DNA of 64,000 nucleotides from Nageia nagi (Eukaryota; Plantae; Pinophyta): contig JBITNC010000001.1 in the NCBI GenBank assembly GCA_050084985.1, forward strand, positions 496,001 through 560,000, read 5' to 3'. The translations under genes were made by a program, and so were the position numbers. Shown piece by piece: positions 1 through 13,846 of this stretch; within the stretch, counting starts at the first letter, position 1, and every line of letters begins with the position of its first letter. The notes under the pieces were generated by a model that made no database searches, had not been told where the DNA came from, and was given only the letters and a program-made list of their open reading frames with translations.

Positions 1-309
1 TTTCTTGAGTTATTTTTAATAGAGGAAACAATAAAAGATTATTAAAAGGTTTAGAAGGAGTTTTATTAATAGTAGAAGGGGATGAATAATTATTGGAGGA
101 AATTTGATCTCCATATTTATCTTATCATTGTAATACTTTATTAACCCAAGATATTAATCAAGATAAGAAATGTTGGACTAGCCCACATTGGGTGAACCAA
201 GGTAAAATTTTGTATCTTCATTTTGTGAATGTAATTACATTTGATTTACTATTTTACTCTTTACAATATATTAAATAGTAAATACAAGGAAAATTAAAAA
301 ATTTGTATT

Positions 310-1725
310 TGATGATAACTTGAATAATGTTCCATATTTGAATTCCATCTAATAGTTTATTTCCCTAACTTTTTGAGCACTCCATTTATGTTTTTATTTG
401 ATTTTTTGAGAATATCAGTAATCTATCAAACCTCTTAGAGTATTCAACACTCCATTTTATATTTTGTATAAATAGGGAATTTATTTCCCATTTTAGGTGA
501 ATGCATTATTGTATTATTATGCTACCAATTTTTGGCTCTAATAGAAAGCATTCATTATTGTTATGCAACTCTCGTGTGATTGAGTCATGTATTTTCCTTT
601 TCAAGATTGTATGCATGTGAAAATAATTTGTAGATATTTCTAGGATTGGTTAGAGTCCATTCCAAGGTATATTTACATGTTTAGATATATTTTAGCTATG
701 TGAGTACTTATTTGTTTTCCACTTTGAGGAATAGATTTATTTTGTTTGTGATTGTGTCAAACTACCTTATTTTGGATTAGTTATCTTGCAAGAATTATAA
801 ATTTTATTCTATATATCCTTTTGGTGTGATTTGTTTCTTGGTAAAGGCTCATTTTATGTATCACACTAAAAAATCATGAAATATATTCTTGCAATTATTC
901 TCACAATCTTATTCTTGGGCCTTGAGGATTCATTTTCTTGCAGATAATTTTAAACCCTATTAGCATTCTCCAAATCCCTCCATGGATTCCTAGTTGGATA
1001 TAAAATTTTATGCTAATAAATTTAATGGGTAATAGTGATATATTTATTTATGAAACAACTAAGTTATAGCCTTCAAAATATTTCCTAGTAAACTAGTCTA
1101 GGTCCAATCCAACCCTTGAATAACTTTTACTGATATCATCAACTTCAAACATTAGGGAAAGTGAATTTTATATTATTTATAGATTCTAGACCCATATTTC
1201 ATGAAATAAGCTTATCCAAACCTCTAGTTGAAGAATGTATGATGTCATTTACCTTTAGACAAGGCATTTTGCACCTAGGAAGTGTTTTTCCTTCTTGATG
1301 ACATCACATCACATCTAGGAATCAAATTTTTTGGCCAATGGATAGGTTTGGAGATTTTTTTTATTGATGTAAGCTCCTTTGCACTCATAAAAAAGTCTTT
1401 AGGATATCATTCCATTCCCTACAAGGTATTTTAAACCCCATCATGCTCGTACAAGATTTGGATTTCCTTGAAATTGTTAAGGAACTTCAAATTGACTCTC
1501 TTGGAGATTTGTATATCTATTTGAGATGAGTGAATACTCATTGGAAATTTAATTTATACTCTATCTAAATTTACCATAAAATTCATATTTTGGGCTTATT
1601 TTCTTATCCTAAAAACTCTTAAATTTTTAGTCCTATTGGCATTCTTTAATTGCTATATTGAGTTCAGGCTATATGATTCTTCTTTTGGTATCAAAGCATT
1701 GTTCTCTTAACCTTGTAAATATTCA
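310..1725 (+). repeat. 5' LTR of Copia A
   Basis: Colinear with 5748-7286 (e.g. aatgttccat.tttgaatt ... aaccttgtaaatattca); ends CA 2 bp before the PBS; start approximate. Confidence 0.85.
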
Positions 1726-1727
1726 AT

Positions 1728-1739
1728 TGGTATCAAAGC
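1728..1739 (+). other. Primer-binding site (tRNA-iMet type) of Copia A
   Basis: TGGTATCAAAGC, 11/12 match to canonical TGGTATCAGAGC. Confidence 0.85.
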
Positions 1740-1759
1740 TATATATTTTATTAGGTTAA

Positions 1760-4700
1760 ATGGATCCTAAAAATAGAAATTCATTACAATTGTAAATTAT
1801 TATATTCAATAGAGAACACTATGAATATTGGAGCATCTAGATGTGAACCTTTCTCATCTCTCAAGACCTATGGAGTCTTTTTTATCAGGGTTATGTTGAA
1901 CCTAATGCTACAACCTTTACTACACTTACTATAGATGAAATAAATAAGTTATTAGATACCCAATAGAAGGATTAAAATATTTTTTTACTATATAAAGTGG
2001 TACAAATTTTACCATCTTTCCCTAAGATTTCATTATGTAAATTATCCAAGGTTGCAAGGGACACTCTTGAGAGTGCCTATAAAGGTTCATTTGAGGTTAC
2101 AGTAGCCAAGGTACAACTCTTACAATGGGAGTTTTAATATCTTAATATGTAATATGATGATACTATTATACTCTTCATGAATATATTTAAATATTTATTG
2201 AATGCTCTTCATTCACATGGTGAGTCATTTGGTGAAACCTAGATTGTTAAGAAGGTGTTGAGAAGCCTTCCTTGGAGTTTGACCCTCTCACCACTGGAAT
2301 TGAGGAGTCTAAATACTTAACCCAATTCAGTATTATAGAATTACTTAGAACCCTACAAATGTATGAGCATAAACTCCAAGATAAAGCTAATAATTTGAAC
2401 CAAGCATTTAAATAAAAACTCCTTAGGAATGATTAGCCTTCTAATTCAATACAAAATTCACCTCAAGAGGTCATAGTGGTAGAGGTTGTGGAAGAAGAAA
2501 TAAACATAGAGGAAGAGTTTGATCATTAGTATAGGATATAGCTCAAACCTTAACATTATGACTTATATAGTAATTATGATCACACAAATCAATACTACTA
2601 TCGAAACAAGAAGGATAATAAGGTCAACTATAGTAAAGAGCAAGGTGATATCATAATGTGTTCCTCACTTATAATAAATTTAACGTTATTGATGAATAGA
2701 TTTAGTATTTGGATAGTGGGTTCTCAAACCATATGATCAAGAATAAAAATCTCTTCACTTAGCTTAAAGAAACTACTTCCAACAAAGTTTGATTTGGTGA
2801 TAACAATCAAGTTAATATTGCTAGCAAGGGTTCCATTGATTTCAAAGCAAATTTTGGTAAGATCATGAATATGCATGATACTTTGTATATTATCAAGATG
2901 AAGTATATTCTCATTATAATTAGATAAATATGCATGAAATATTATTATTTAGTCTTTAAGAAGAACCTTTACACCATCAAAAATAAGGTAAATCAATAGG
3001 TCATTGCCAAAATTTGCATATTTGAGAATCACATGTATATGCTGAAGATGTAGCTAGTGGAAGTAAAATGCTTAAAATCCACCATTTATCTTGCTTCATT
3101 TTGGCATCAAAGGTATGGCCACATCAATTCAACTCACTACATGAATTACCTAAGCTTTTGAGAGGTATACCTATCTTCTCACTACCACCTGATACTTTAT
3201 GTGAGAGATGCATTTCTAGGAAACAACATAGAGAAAAAAATTCCTCCCACTCCACTATGCAAAAGCACCTTTGAAATTGATGCATGCTAATATTTGCAAA
3301 CCTATGCAGACTCATATCTTGGACAAGTGTAGATATATGCTAATCTTTACTATTATTATTCCCATATGAGTTGGTTGTATTTCTTATAGGCTAAATCAAA
3401 TACCTTTGATACTTTTATCAAGTTCAAGGAAATTATTGAGAAGTAGTCAAGATACCACCTCAAGAAGTTTTAGACAAATTATGGTGGTGAATTCACATCA
3501 ATGATTTCAAGGATTTTTCTAGAAACATGGGATCAAATAAAAGTATGCCATTTCCTATACCCATGTAGAATAGAGTGGTAGAGAGTAAGAACTAGAAAAT
3601 CATTGAGATGGCCCAAAGCATGTTCATGGAGATGTGCATGGAAAATAAATTATGGGGGGAAGTTGTTCATATAATCAACTATATTTTAAATTGATACCCC
3701 ACCAAAGTTATGCAACATTCAACCCTTTATGAGGCTTAGTTTGGTAATAAACCTAGTCTCTAACACCTTTAAATATTTCATAATACCTATTATGTGCACG
3801 TACCCAAGGAGAACAAGAAGAAATTATATGAAAAATCCATCAAATGTATCTTTTTGGGACACTCTGATGAGTCCACAACTTATTGGTGCTATGATATAGT
3901 TTCTTGAATGTTGTATATCATCTAAGATATGATCCTTCATGAATGGGGAGTATATAGAAATGACTTTGATGCCCCTAGAATCCCTCTATCAATTAAGGAC
4001 TCTAGAATGAATGATTTGGCTGATAAATGTATCCTTCTCAACCTCTCTAGCCTTCAACCCCAACCTCCCTATGGATACAACTCCTTCCAAGAGAAGGGTT
4101 ACAAGAGATCATATAGAATCTCAAATATTGGATAAGGAGTTCACTATAAGAGTGACTCACAAAAAGTGAAGGGTGATTAAATTCATAATTATGCCTTGAT
4201 TTCCTCTTCCCTTTTTACACTTCCAACTTCAAAGAAGTTATTGCAAATAAATATTGAAAATTGTTCATGGAAGAAGAAATTGACTAGATCTAGAAGAATG
4301 AATCTTGGGAGCTTATCCCTCCTCCATAATACCAAAATGTTATTGGATACAAGTGGATCTATAAGCTCAAGCATAACATTGATGATAGAATTTGCTAAAC
4401 ATAATACTCTACTGGTGGTGAAGGGTTGTGTTTAGAAGGAAGGGCTTAATTATGAATAGACATTTGCATTAGTTTCCATACATGAGATAGTTTGCTCTCT
4501 TATTTCTCTAACATAACATCTTGGTATTAGTTTGTACCAAATAGATTTCAAGGTATCCTTCCTTAATGGATATTTGAAGGAAGAAGTGTATGTGAATTAA
4601 ATCCAAGGATTCATAGTTACCATGCATGAAGATAAAGTTTATCAATTAAAGAAAATCTTTATGGGCTCATGTAGTCCCCTAGAACCTCATACTCCCATAT

Positions 4701-5730
4701 TGACACCTACTTCCATTTGAATTGTTATCAAAGGTTCCATATAGAAGCTATGTTGTAAACTAAGTTACTTTTCCATGATTTCATTATCATTTATTTGTAT
4801 GTTTATGATATTATCTTCATAAGCACTTCCTCTTCCATGTTGCATTCATTCAAATTTACCATGGTTAAGGAGTTTGAAATAAGTGATTTAGATGACATGC
4901 AATACTTTCTTGGTATGTAAATTCAACATTCATCCTCCAACATCTTTATCACTTATTTAAAGTATGTTCATGACATGCTTGCCAATTTTTCCATGAAGGA
5001 TTGTAAACTTGTTGACACTCTAGTAGTTCTTGGCACCAAACTTATGAAGGAGGATCCTACTCCTCTTATTCATGCCATCCTAGATCAATCACTTGTTGGT
5101 AATTTTATGTATCTCATAGCTACCTAACCAAATTTCATGTATACAATTAGTCTTGTGGCTCATGTCATGCACTCTCCACATGAATCTCATTGGAAAGTGG
5201 CTAAGAAGAATCCTTTGGTATATTAGTGGTACCAAATTCTTTGTTTTATGGTATAAATACTCTTATTTTGATATCAATAAAGCATGCATAAATGCTAATA
5301 TGTTTGATAATCTTAATGATAATAAAAGTATCTCTGGCTATGCTTTTTTCCTTTCTAGATCTCTTATCTCATGGACTAGCAAGAAGAAATAGACTATTGT
5401 TGCTTCCACTACTAAAGTAGAATACATGGATTCCTCCTTTGCTTGCACTCAATCCATTTGGATGGACAAATTATTTGAATACCTATATTTGGTACCTCTT
5501 CTTACCATTCCCATTCACTTTGATAACACCAACACTATTGCAATAACCAAGAACCCAATGCTAGAGCAAGCATATCAACATCTAGTATCACTATAAGTGA
5601 TACCTAGTGATTGATGGATTCATTAAATTTACTTTTTGTAAGTTTGAATATCAATTGGTGAAATTTTTACCAAGGTACTACCTAAGATTGGTTCCTTATT
5701 CTTTGAAATCAATTTAGAATTCAACATATT
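1760..5730 (+). pseudogene. Copia A gag-pol remnant
   Basis: Gag N-terminus FNREHYEYWSI..FLISQDLW; protease YLDSGFSNHM; GAG-pre-integrase LCERCIS; RT/RH fragments (LRRILWYISGTK, SISGYAF..SLISWTSKK); many stops and frameshifts. Confidence 0.88.
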
Positions 5731-5747
5731 CATATTAAGGAGGGGAG

Positions 5748-7286
5748 TGAAGGAATTTAATGTTCCATGTTTGAATTTCATCCAACAGTCTATTTTCCTC
5801 CAATAATTACTTATCAAATTATTATTTACATACTAGATTTCTTACTATTGTAGGCATGTAGATGAACTCTTAATGCTCACTGATCTAATATTAAATTGAT
5901 GTAGATTTGATTTTGTATAGATTCCTACATTCTCTAACCTTCAAGGCACTTCATTTATGCTTTTGTTTAATTCTCTAAGAAGATTATTAATCTGTCAGAC
6001 CTCTTAGAGTCTCCAAATCTCCATTTTCTCTTTGTATAGATAGGTAATTACTTTTCAATTTTAGGTGAATGCATAATTTTACTATTATTCTACCATGTTT
6101 TAGCTCTAATAGAAAGCATTCATTATTATTCTACAACTCTCTTGTGCTTGAGTCATGTATTTTTCTTTTCAAGCTTGTATGCAAGCAAAAATACTTTGTA
6201 GATTTTATAATATTGGTTGGATTCCATTAAAATGTGATATTTACATGTTTAAGGTTATTTTAGCTATATTGGTACTTATTTATTTTCTAGTTTGAGGAAT
6301 AGATTTGGACATTTTTGTGATTATGTCAAACTACCTTATTTTAGATCATTTTTATTACATGAGCTATAACTTTCATTTTAGGTCTTCTTTTAGTATGATT
6401 GTTTTTGTGTTGTAAGTGTGACATCAATATATTTCCAACCATATATAATACACCATACTTATTTGGTGTATCCCACTCTAAAATCATAAACTATAATCCT
6501 ACAATTATTCTTCTAGTCTTATTTTTGATCCTTAAGGAGTCATTTTCTTGTAGATAATTTTATACTCTCCCATTATTATCTAATTTCATGCTGATAAATT
6601 TCATAGGTCATAATGCTAGGTTTTATTAAGAAATGACCAAGTTATAGGCTTTGAAAGTTTGCCTAGTAGACCGATCTAAGTCCCATTTGGGGTCTTATAT
6701 AACTTTTGTTGATGTCATCAACTTCAAACATCTAGGAAATGCATTTTGGCTTATTTCTAAATGATAGACCTATATTTTATGATATAAAAATATCCAAACC
6801 TCTGGCTGAAGCATTTTTGATGTCATTTACCTTCCGGATAAGGCATTATGCACCTAAGTTTGTTTTTCCTTCTTGGTGATGTCAATTCACATTCAAGAAT
6901 CAAATTTTTTTGGTTTTATAGTTTTTCTAATGTTAGCTTATCTAAAATCCCACCAAATCCTTTGGGATTTCATTTCATTATCAACAAGGTATTTTAAACC
7001 CCAGCATGCTCATGCAAGACCTAGATTACTTGAAAATTAGTTTAGGAACTTCAAATTGATGCTCTTGAAGATACATAAGTCCATTTGATGTGAATAAATA
7101 TTTGTTGAAAATGTATGTTTATCCTATATTAAATTTCCTATAAAATTCACATTTTTGGCTTTTTTAATCTTAAAAACCTCTAAAAGTTTCATGCTTTTTG
7201 GCATTCCTAGATCTCTATATTGAGTAAGGACTCTTTGATTCTTCGTTTAGTATTAGAGAATTTTCTTTTAACCTTGTAAATATTCA
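5748..7286 (+). repeat. 3' LTR of Copia A
   Basis: Starts TG directly after PPT AAGGAGGGGAG; ends ...aaatattCA. Confidence 0.88.
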
Positions 7287-7749
7287 ATATTTACAAATAA
7301 AATCATATATGAAAACTCAAAGCATATTCAAATAAAGTGCACATTGTATGAGGAAAGAATATATCTCCCCTAATGATGTAAGCTTCTCTTTACGATATCA
7401 AGTACCATCGACCATGCACTCTATTTTTTCCCCATTTTATTTTTATTTTTTTAAATAAAACAAATAAATACTAAAAAAAAAATAAAATTTTTCAATCCAT
7501 ATAGAAAAAAAAAATAAGTAAATAAAATATAACTAATAAAAAATTAAAATTAGAGATGAAATTTAGTGTAGTGAAGAAAGCCATGCACAAGTGATCGATA
7601 TCATGCATAGATGGTCAAGGATCACATGGTAATCATCATAGATAAGGGGGTCTAGATCTAAAATTCTTTAAAGATAAATGTAAATAAATATAGAATTAGT
7701 AACAAGGATAGATCATGCAAGGAAGAAATTGGTCATTAGGTGTGAATAA

Positions 7750-8137
7750 TGATGAAGGAAACCCTACTCAAGTGACATATAGATTTGAGCTCGAAGGAAA
7801 AAAGGATATAATGTTAAGGCACAAAAATAACAATATTAATGTATCTACCTCGTATATACATAAGTGAATGTAAGACTCTTAGATGGAAAGAAGGGACATT
7901 CAAGATCTTTAATGCATAATGATATGAAATAACTTCAATCAAGAGCAACCAAAAGGAAAAATAGCATGTAAGAATAGGATAATGGATCAATATTATCAAA
8001 AGGGACAAGAAGAAGTTGTTGGAAAAAATTGAGCCTAAAGTTGAATCTAGAATTATTGAAAATGAAGTTTGTATTATTACACATAAGGAAAAAGTGAAAT
8101 ACAATATGGATATGCAAAAATATACCTTAATATATAT
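7750..8137 (+). pseudogene. Probable ancient LINE ORF1 (DUF4283-like) fragment, resuming at 13847-13910 after Gypsy E
   Basis: Joined flanks read about QKYTLIY|FIGIIPSIEVI*RWMDKNW, resembling KQGLICHFLGARIPPNTIEAWVDRTW of the intact LINE ORF1 at ~32065. Confidence 0.35.
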
Positions 8138-9394
8138 TGTTAAATTTTTCTAGTAAATATATAGTATCTTTATGTAATTGGTATGTGTCACAATTAGTAA
8201 TAGTGCCTAGTAGCTAACTTGTTGTGCAATATAGTGACACCCACCAATAAGCTATAGTTACATCCATAATGGAATAATGACATAGCTAGAATAAAGAGAT
8301 AGGGATGTAACAATAATTAGTGGTACAGGTATACTATGGGGGCTTTACATTGGTGAAGTTTGGTAAAAAGTAAAACAATTAAATGGTAAATGGTAAAAGG
8401 TAAATAGATAAAAGGTAAAATAATGGGAAATGGTAAAATGGTAATGTAAATGGTAAATGGTAAATGGTAAATGGTAAATGGTAAATGGTAAATAGTAAAT
8501 CATAAATGGTAAATGGTGAAAGGTGAAAGGTTAATGGTGAAAATAAGTAATGGTAAGTGGAAAAAATATCCATGGGTAATATCTAGAAGATATATGTTCT
8601 AGAATTATCCATAGGATTAGGTGGCACAAGGATATGTGATGATGTTGAAGTAGTTGTTGATATTTAAAAAGGGGTTCTAGAAAAGGGTTATGTAGAAAAA
8701 GATATATGTGGCATCTCATGGATATTTCTAAAAGTAGTTTGGATATTTCTAGAGATGAAGATATAATGTATTTTAAAATTCAAAAAATAAAGAAATCTAG
8801 ATATCTTCTCTAGCCTATATATAAAGAAGTGTTATGGGCATGGAAGGCAAGTTGTAAATCAAGTTGAGCATAGGTCTAGTGCAAATTCTAGAGCAAGTCT
8901 AGTGAGAGTCATGTAAAAGTCAATTCAAATTGAGTTGAGGTTGTGAGTGACTTGTGAAGTTAGGAAGAATTTTATATATATGTAATAGATCTTGAGTCTT
9001 ATTGTTAAAATTGTGTCAAGTATTGTATTGTATTTGTGATTATCCAAGCGAAGAGAAGGTTGAAGTTTCATTATAAGAAGGTATCTTTGTGAAGTTATGA
9101 TAGTGGTTGTGTTGGATTGTTGTTGATTTGAGCAAGTGATTATGCTCCTCATAGGATAATAGAGTATATTTCTATTATCATGATGAGAGTTTCTTACCAT
9201 TGTATTGTAACTCTTGTTATATTTATATCTTCACTTTCATCAATAATATTATATCATTGTTCCATTGTATAATTATTGTATTAGTATAGTGTCTAAATTG
9301 CATTACCACTAATTAAAGTGGTGCATCAAGATGAAAGATCATTGCAAGAGGAAGTCTTGGTATTATAATTCCTTGTGTGCTAAAATAGTTGAAA
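8138..9394 (+). repeat. 5' LTR of Gypsy E
   Basis: 8683-9394 matches 13143-13846; putative termini TGTTAA...TTGA(C/A)A; start approximate. Confidence 0.7.
8380..8560 (+). repeat. (TAAATGG)n 7-bp tandem array inside Gypsy E LTR
   Basis: Directly visible: about six near-perfect units around 8447-8490 plus degenerate flanking units. Confidence 0.95.
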
Positions 9395-9499
9395 TTTTAG
9401 GTTCCATTTTTGGGACCATTCCTCATTAGTGGTCATCTTATAGTTACAAGTCTTTTGTTACCATGGGTAAAATTCTTATTTTTACTGCTTAATCTCATG

Positions 9500-12400
9500 A
9501 TGATGCTCAAAAAAATTCAAGAGATAGTGCATTTGTAATGGATTGATTATGAAGGCACAATGGGTAGAGTTCCTTCCTACCTTCCTTGACAGAGCAACTC
9601 ATTGATGGTATAATACATTGAAGGAAGCTATGCAAAATTCTTAGTATCAAGTTCAAGAGAGATTTCTTGAAGAGTTTGGACCATGATATAATTATTTAAC
9701 CTCATGATAGAGATCACCAAGCTATACCAATGAGCAAATGAGTAGATTAGAGACTACTATGCTCAATCATAAGAGTTAAGGAAAATATAAAGGCTCAAAA
9801 TCAAAAGGAGAATTGATGGTGTTGATAGATTGTTGCTAAAGCAATTTATTTTAGGAGTGAGGTAAGATATTTGACAAAGGATGAAGTATGAAATACCTAC
9901 CACTATGGAACAAGCCAAGGAGATAGAAAAGAGGCAAGAGGAAAGCATGGAGGAAGAACCAAAGGAAATCATATTTCCTCTTACACCAAGTGCTACTGGA
10001 AGGCCTTTGAAATAAGGTACACCATTGATTTCTATATCTTCAATATAATATGATGAATTGATTCATAAAATGGTACAATTGAATATTAATATTCTATAAG
10101 GTAAAGGAAGTTATGATAACATAATGATCCCAATGGGGATATCATGGTCCTAAAAAGAATGTTGTATATATCACATACTATGAATTGCAAATAAACGGAA
10201 CTACAAGACTAATTATCTGAGTAAGCCATAAACTTTGGGAACAAAGGATGAAAAGGGAAAGGCACCTATAGATTGGTGGAGCTTGTGAAAGAATAAGAAG
10301 AAATAATTTTTTTACCATAAATCATGTGAAGGAGCATGTAAATGAAGGAGAATGAAAAGCTAATAAGAAAAAAGAGGATAAAGGAAAAAGGAGGAGATGA
10401 AGAGTAGTTGTTCAAGATTTTTTATCTCCTAAGGTCAAGTACCTTATTCAATATTGGAGGATCTATCATCACATCCTACCAATATAACATATGGATAAAT
10501 GTTGGCATTACCTTCTACAAAGAGGAGATAATTATGAAGTGAACTCAATGCACAAAATAAAAAGAAAGCAAATATTCTTATCTTAAAAGTGAAAGTGGAT
10601 CCATATGCTCCCCAATGCTGAGGTACTTTATAGTTTGCAATGGTGTTTCTATTTCTAATGTTTTAGTATATGGAGGTACTATTGTGAATATTATGAAAAT
10701 TTTCATTATGAATATGCTACATTTAAAAACTAATCATGATTCCACACTACAATTGAGGTCATTTTAAATAAGGGTAAAATAAAATTGAAGGAGTTATTTC
10801 ATATGTTGTTATTTTTGTTGTTGGAGTTACTTGTTTTGTAGATTTTCAAGTGATGAAGTATGGTTCAATGGCTTATCCCATGCTCTTAATAAGGCCATGG
10901 TTTAGAAAAGTTCATGCTCTAGAGATACATGACAATAGGATGAGATAAGTGAGAATTAGTGATGCTAAGTATATTACAAAGACATCATAGTCTAAGAATG
11001 AAGAGTAGACATCTTTAGGCTATATAAGTACCAATGATGTGAATAATGAAGATGAGGAGAATGTTGATGTCTCCATGATGGATATATTACCAACTCCACT
11101 TGCTAAATCTGCTATGTAATTTATAGAGGAAGAAGTGAAGCATTGTCTATAGTAGCTATGATTTGGTGATGCTATTGAAGAAAAAGATAAAGAAGAGTAT
11201 TTTCAACTTTTTCAAAGGTATATCCATCTCTTCACCTTTAATTATAAGGAGTTATAATAAGTAACATGGATAGAACATTCAATTGAATTGATGGAAATTA
11301 CTATGTCCATTAAATAAATGCCCTATAGGATGAATCCAAATTTCTCTAAAAGTGTTAAGGAGGAAATATATAAGCTCTTAGATGTAAGATTTATCTTTCC
11401 TATAGATAATTTAGAATGGGGTTTCTCCTATTATGGTCCTAGAAAGAAGAATGGAAATATAAGAATATGTCTGGATTATCAAAAGTTGAATAAATTAACA
11501 AAGAAATATCATTATTCCCTTCCTTTTTTAGACCAAATTTTGGATAAAGTGGTAGGACATGATTGTTATAATTTTACAAATGATTATAGTGTATATAACC
11601 AAGTTTGGATAGTAGATATAGATCAATTGAAATAACTTTTACCACTCCATGGGGTATGTTTGCTTATCAAGTAATGTCCTTTGGATTGTATAATGCACCT
11701 ACTACATTTAAGAGACTTATGAATAGAGTTTTTGAGCCTTGTATTGGAACATTCATTATATTTTTTCTAGATAATTTTTGTATATATGAAAAGAAGGAAA
11801 ATCATTTGGAGCAAATTGAGAAATCTTTTGAAATACTACAAGAAGCAAAAAGTATCATTAAATCCATCCAAATATATTTTTGGATGCTCGAAAGGAGTAC
11901 CTTTTGGGCATGTTGTATCCAAGAGTGGTATTGAAATAAATCCAAAAAAGGTAGTTAAGATTAAGGAGCTTCCATTCCCAAGGAATAAGTGTGAGTTAAG
12001 AACTTTCTTGGGGCATGTTAGGTACTATAGGATATTTATCAAGAACCTCTCTAGGATTTCTCAACCGTTGACTCAATTTTTGAAGATGGATGTATCATAT
12101 GAATCAAGAAAAGAAATAAGAGAAGACTTGAGGAGCTAAAGAAAGAATTGGTAATGATACCTATTCTAAAGAATCATGATTGGATTAATCCATTTATAGT
12201 TTACATGGATGCATAAAACAAAGCACTAGGTAGTGCACTTAACCAAAAGGATGAATATGGAAATGACCATCCTATCCATTTTAGGATTCAAAAGATGAGT
12301 AGTGTTGAGGTAAATTATACAACCACTAAAAAAGAATCTTTAGCTATAATTTTTTCTTTGAAGAAATTTAGAAATTACTTATTGGGGCAAAAGTTCACTA

Positions 12401-13142
12401 TGGTTACTAATTATTAAGCTTTATAGTATATCATTAATAAGCCTAATCCTATAGGAAGGATTGCAAGGTGGATACTTCTATTATGATAATATGAGTTTGA
12501 TATTGTGGAAAGACCAAGAAAGAAACATATTAATGCTAATACACTATCCAAAGCATATGAGGTCATTGAATATTCTTGTGGTGATGATGATTTTCCCTAT
12601 GCAACTTCATTTTCTATGGAGACAATTCCAAATGAGTACATTGACATTTGGAATTACTTAAGTGATTTCAAATTTATAGAGGGGGAAACATACAAGATAA
12701 AAAAGAAAATTACTTAGGAAAGTAGACCCTATACACTTGTAGATAGGGTATTATATAGAGTTAGAACAGATGAAAAATATCTTTGTGCCATTAGACATGA
12801 TCAAGAAAAGAGCTAATAAAAGATATGCATGATGGCATATGCAAAGGATACTTTTTTAGATAATTGATAGCAAAAAGACTATTGGATGTAGGTTATTAAT
12901 GGCACACTCTTTTTAAATATTGTTTTAGTTATTGTAAAAGTTTTGATGTTTGTCAGTCTTACAAGAATCACAGAACAACATAAGCACCATTATGTCCTAT
13001 TCTTCCCTTAGGACCATTTGAGAAATGGGGAATTGACATTGTAGGACCACTCCCTCCTACACCAAGGTGAAATAGACATATTATTGAGGCTACAAATTAT
13101 TTGACTAAGTGGGTAGAAGCAAGACCATTGAAGACCATGACT
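9500..13142 (+). pseudogene. Gypsy E gag-pol remnant
   Basis: RT PYRMNPN..VKEEI..LL / IRICLDYQKLN / TFTTPWG..MSFGLYNAP..FLDNF; RNase H; integrase zinc finger and FEKWGIDIVGPLP core; broken by stops and frameshifts. Confidence 0.9.
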
Positions 13143-13846
13143 AAGGGTTATGTGGAAAAAGATCCATGTGGAATCTCATGGATATTTATAAAAATAGTTT
13201 GGATATTTATAGAGATGGAGATATAATGTATTTTGAAATTCAAGTTGTATAGAAATATACATATATTCTCTAGTATATAAATAGAAAAAGTGTTATGGGC
13301 ATGGAAGATAAGTTGTGAAGCAAGTTGAGCACAAGTCTAGAGCAAGTCTAGTGAGAGTAAAGTTCAAGTTAAGTCAAATTGAGTTTAAGTTATGAGTGAG
13401 TTGTAAAGTTGTGAAGAAGTTTATATATGTGTAATAGTTCTTGATTATTAGTGTTAAGTGTGTCAAGTGTTATATTGTATTTTTGATTATCTAAGTGAAG
13501 AGAAGGTTAGAGTTTTTTTGTAATAAGTCTCTCTTTGTGAAGTTGTGATAGTGATTATGTTGGATTGGTTGTTGAGTTGAGAAAGTGGTGGTGGTCCTCA
13601 TAGGATAACCAAGTCTATTTTCTATCATCATGGTGAGAGTTCTTACCATTGCATTGTAACTCTTTTTGTAAATTTGTATCTTCAATTTCATCAATAATAT
13701 TATATGATTTTTCTATTGTATAGTTATTTTATTGGTCATAGTCTCTAAATTGCATTATCACTAATAAAAGTAGTGCATCAAGATGAAAGATCATTACAAG
13801 AGGAAGGCCTGGTATCATGATTCCTTATGTGCTAAAATAGTTGACA
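13143..13846 (+). repeat. 5'-truncated 3' LTR of Gypsy E
   Basis: Begins aagggttatgtggaaaaagat (= 8683 of the 5' LTR), fused directly to integrase; ends ttgaCA. Confidence 0.85.

Larger units (their letters stand above)
310..7286 (+). mobile_element. Ty1/Copia LTR retrotransposon A (old, degenerate)
   Basis: Paired ~1.4-1.5 kb LTRs, PBS TGGTATCAAAGC at 1728-1739, PPT at 5737-5747, Copia-order gag-PR-INT-RT-RH remnants, near-TSD GTATT (305-309) / ATATT (7287-7291). Confidence 0.9.
8138..13846 (+). mobile_element. Ty3/Gypsy LTR retrotransposon E (non-chromovirus-like, internally deleted)
   Basis: 5' LTR ~8138-9394 and partial 3' LTR 13143-13846 share ~700 bp; PR-RT-RH-INT order; left boundary and TSD uncertain. 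Confidence 0.85.

Noticed and set aside
1-309. LTR fragment of an older host element
   Set aside because: The LTR-like motif (ggactagcccac..gggtgaacca) is suggestive, but it is cut by the window edge and cannot be verified.
8173-8349. Small solo LTR/TRIM bounded by TGTAA...TTACA
   Set aside because: No TSD (CTTTA vs TTGGT) and no second copy in the window.
8380-8560. Interstitial telomeric repeat, or the 64-aa TIYHLPF-repeat ORF (8379-8573, minus strand)
   Set aside because: The unit TAAATGG is not a permutation of TTTAGGG/CCCTAAA, and the ORF is just the translation of the repeat.
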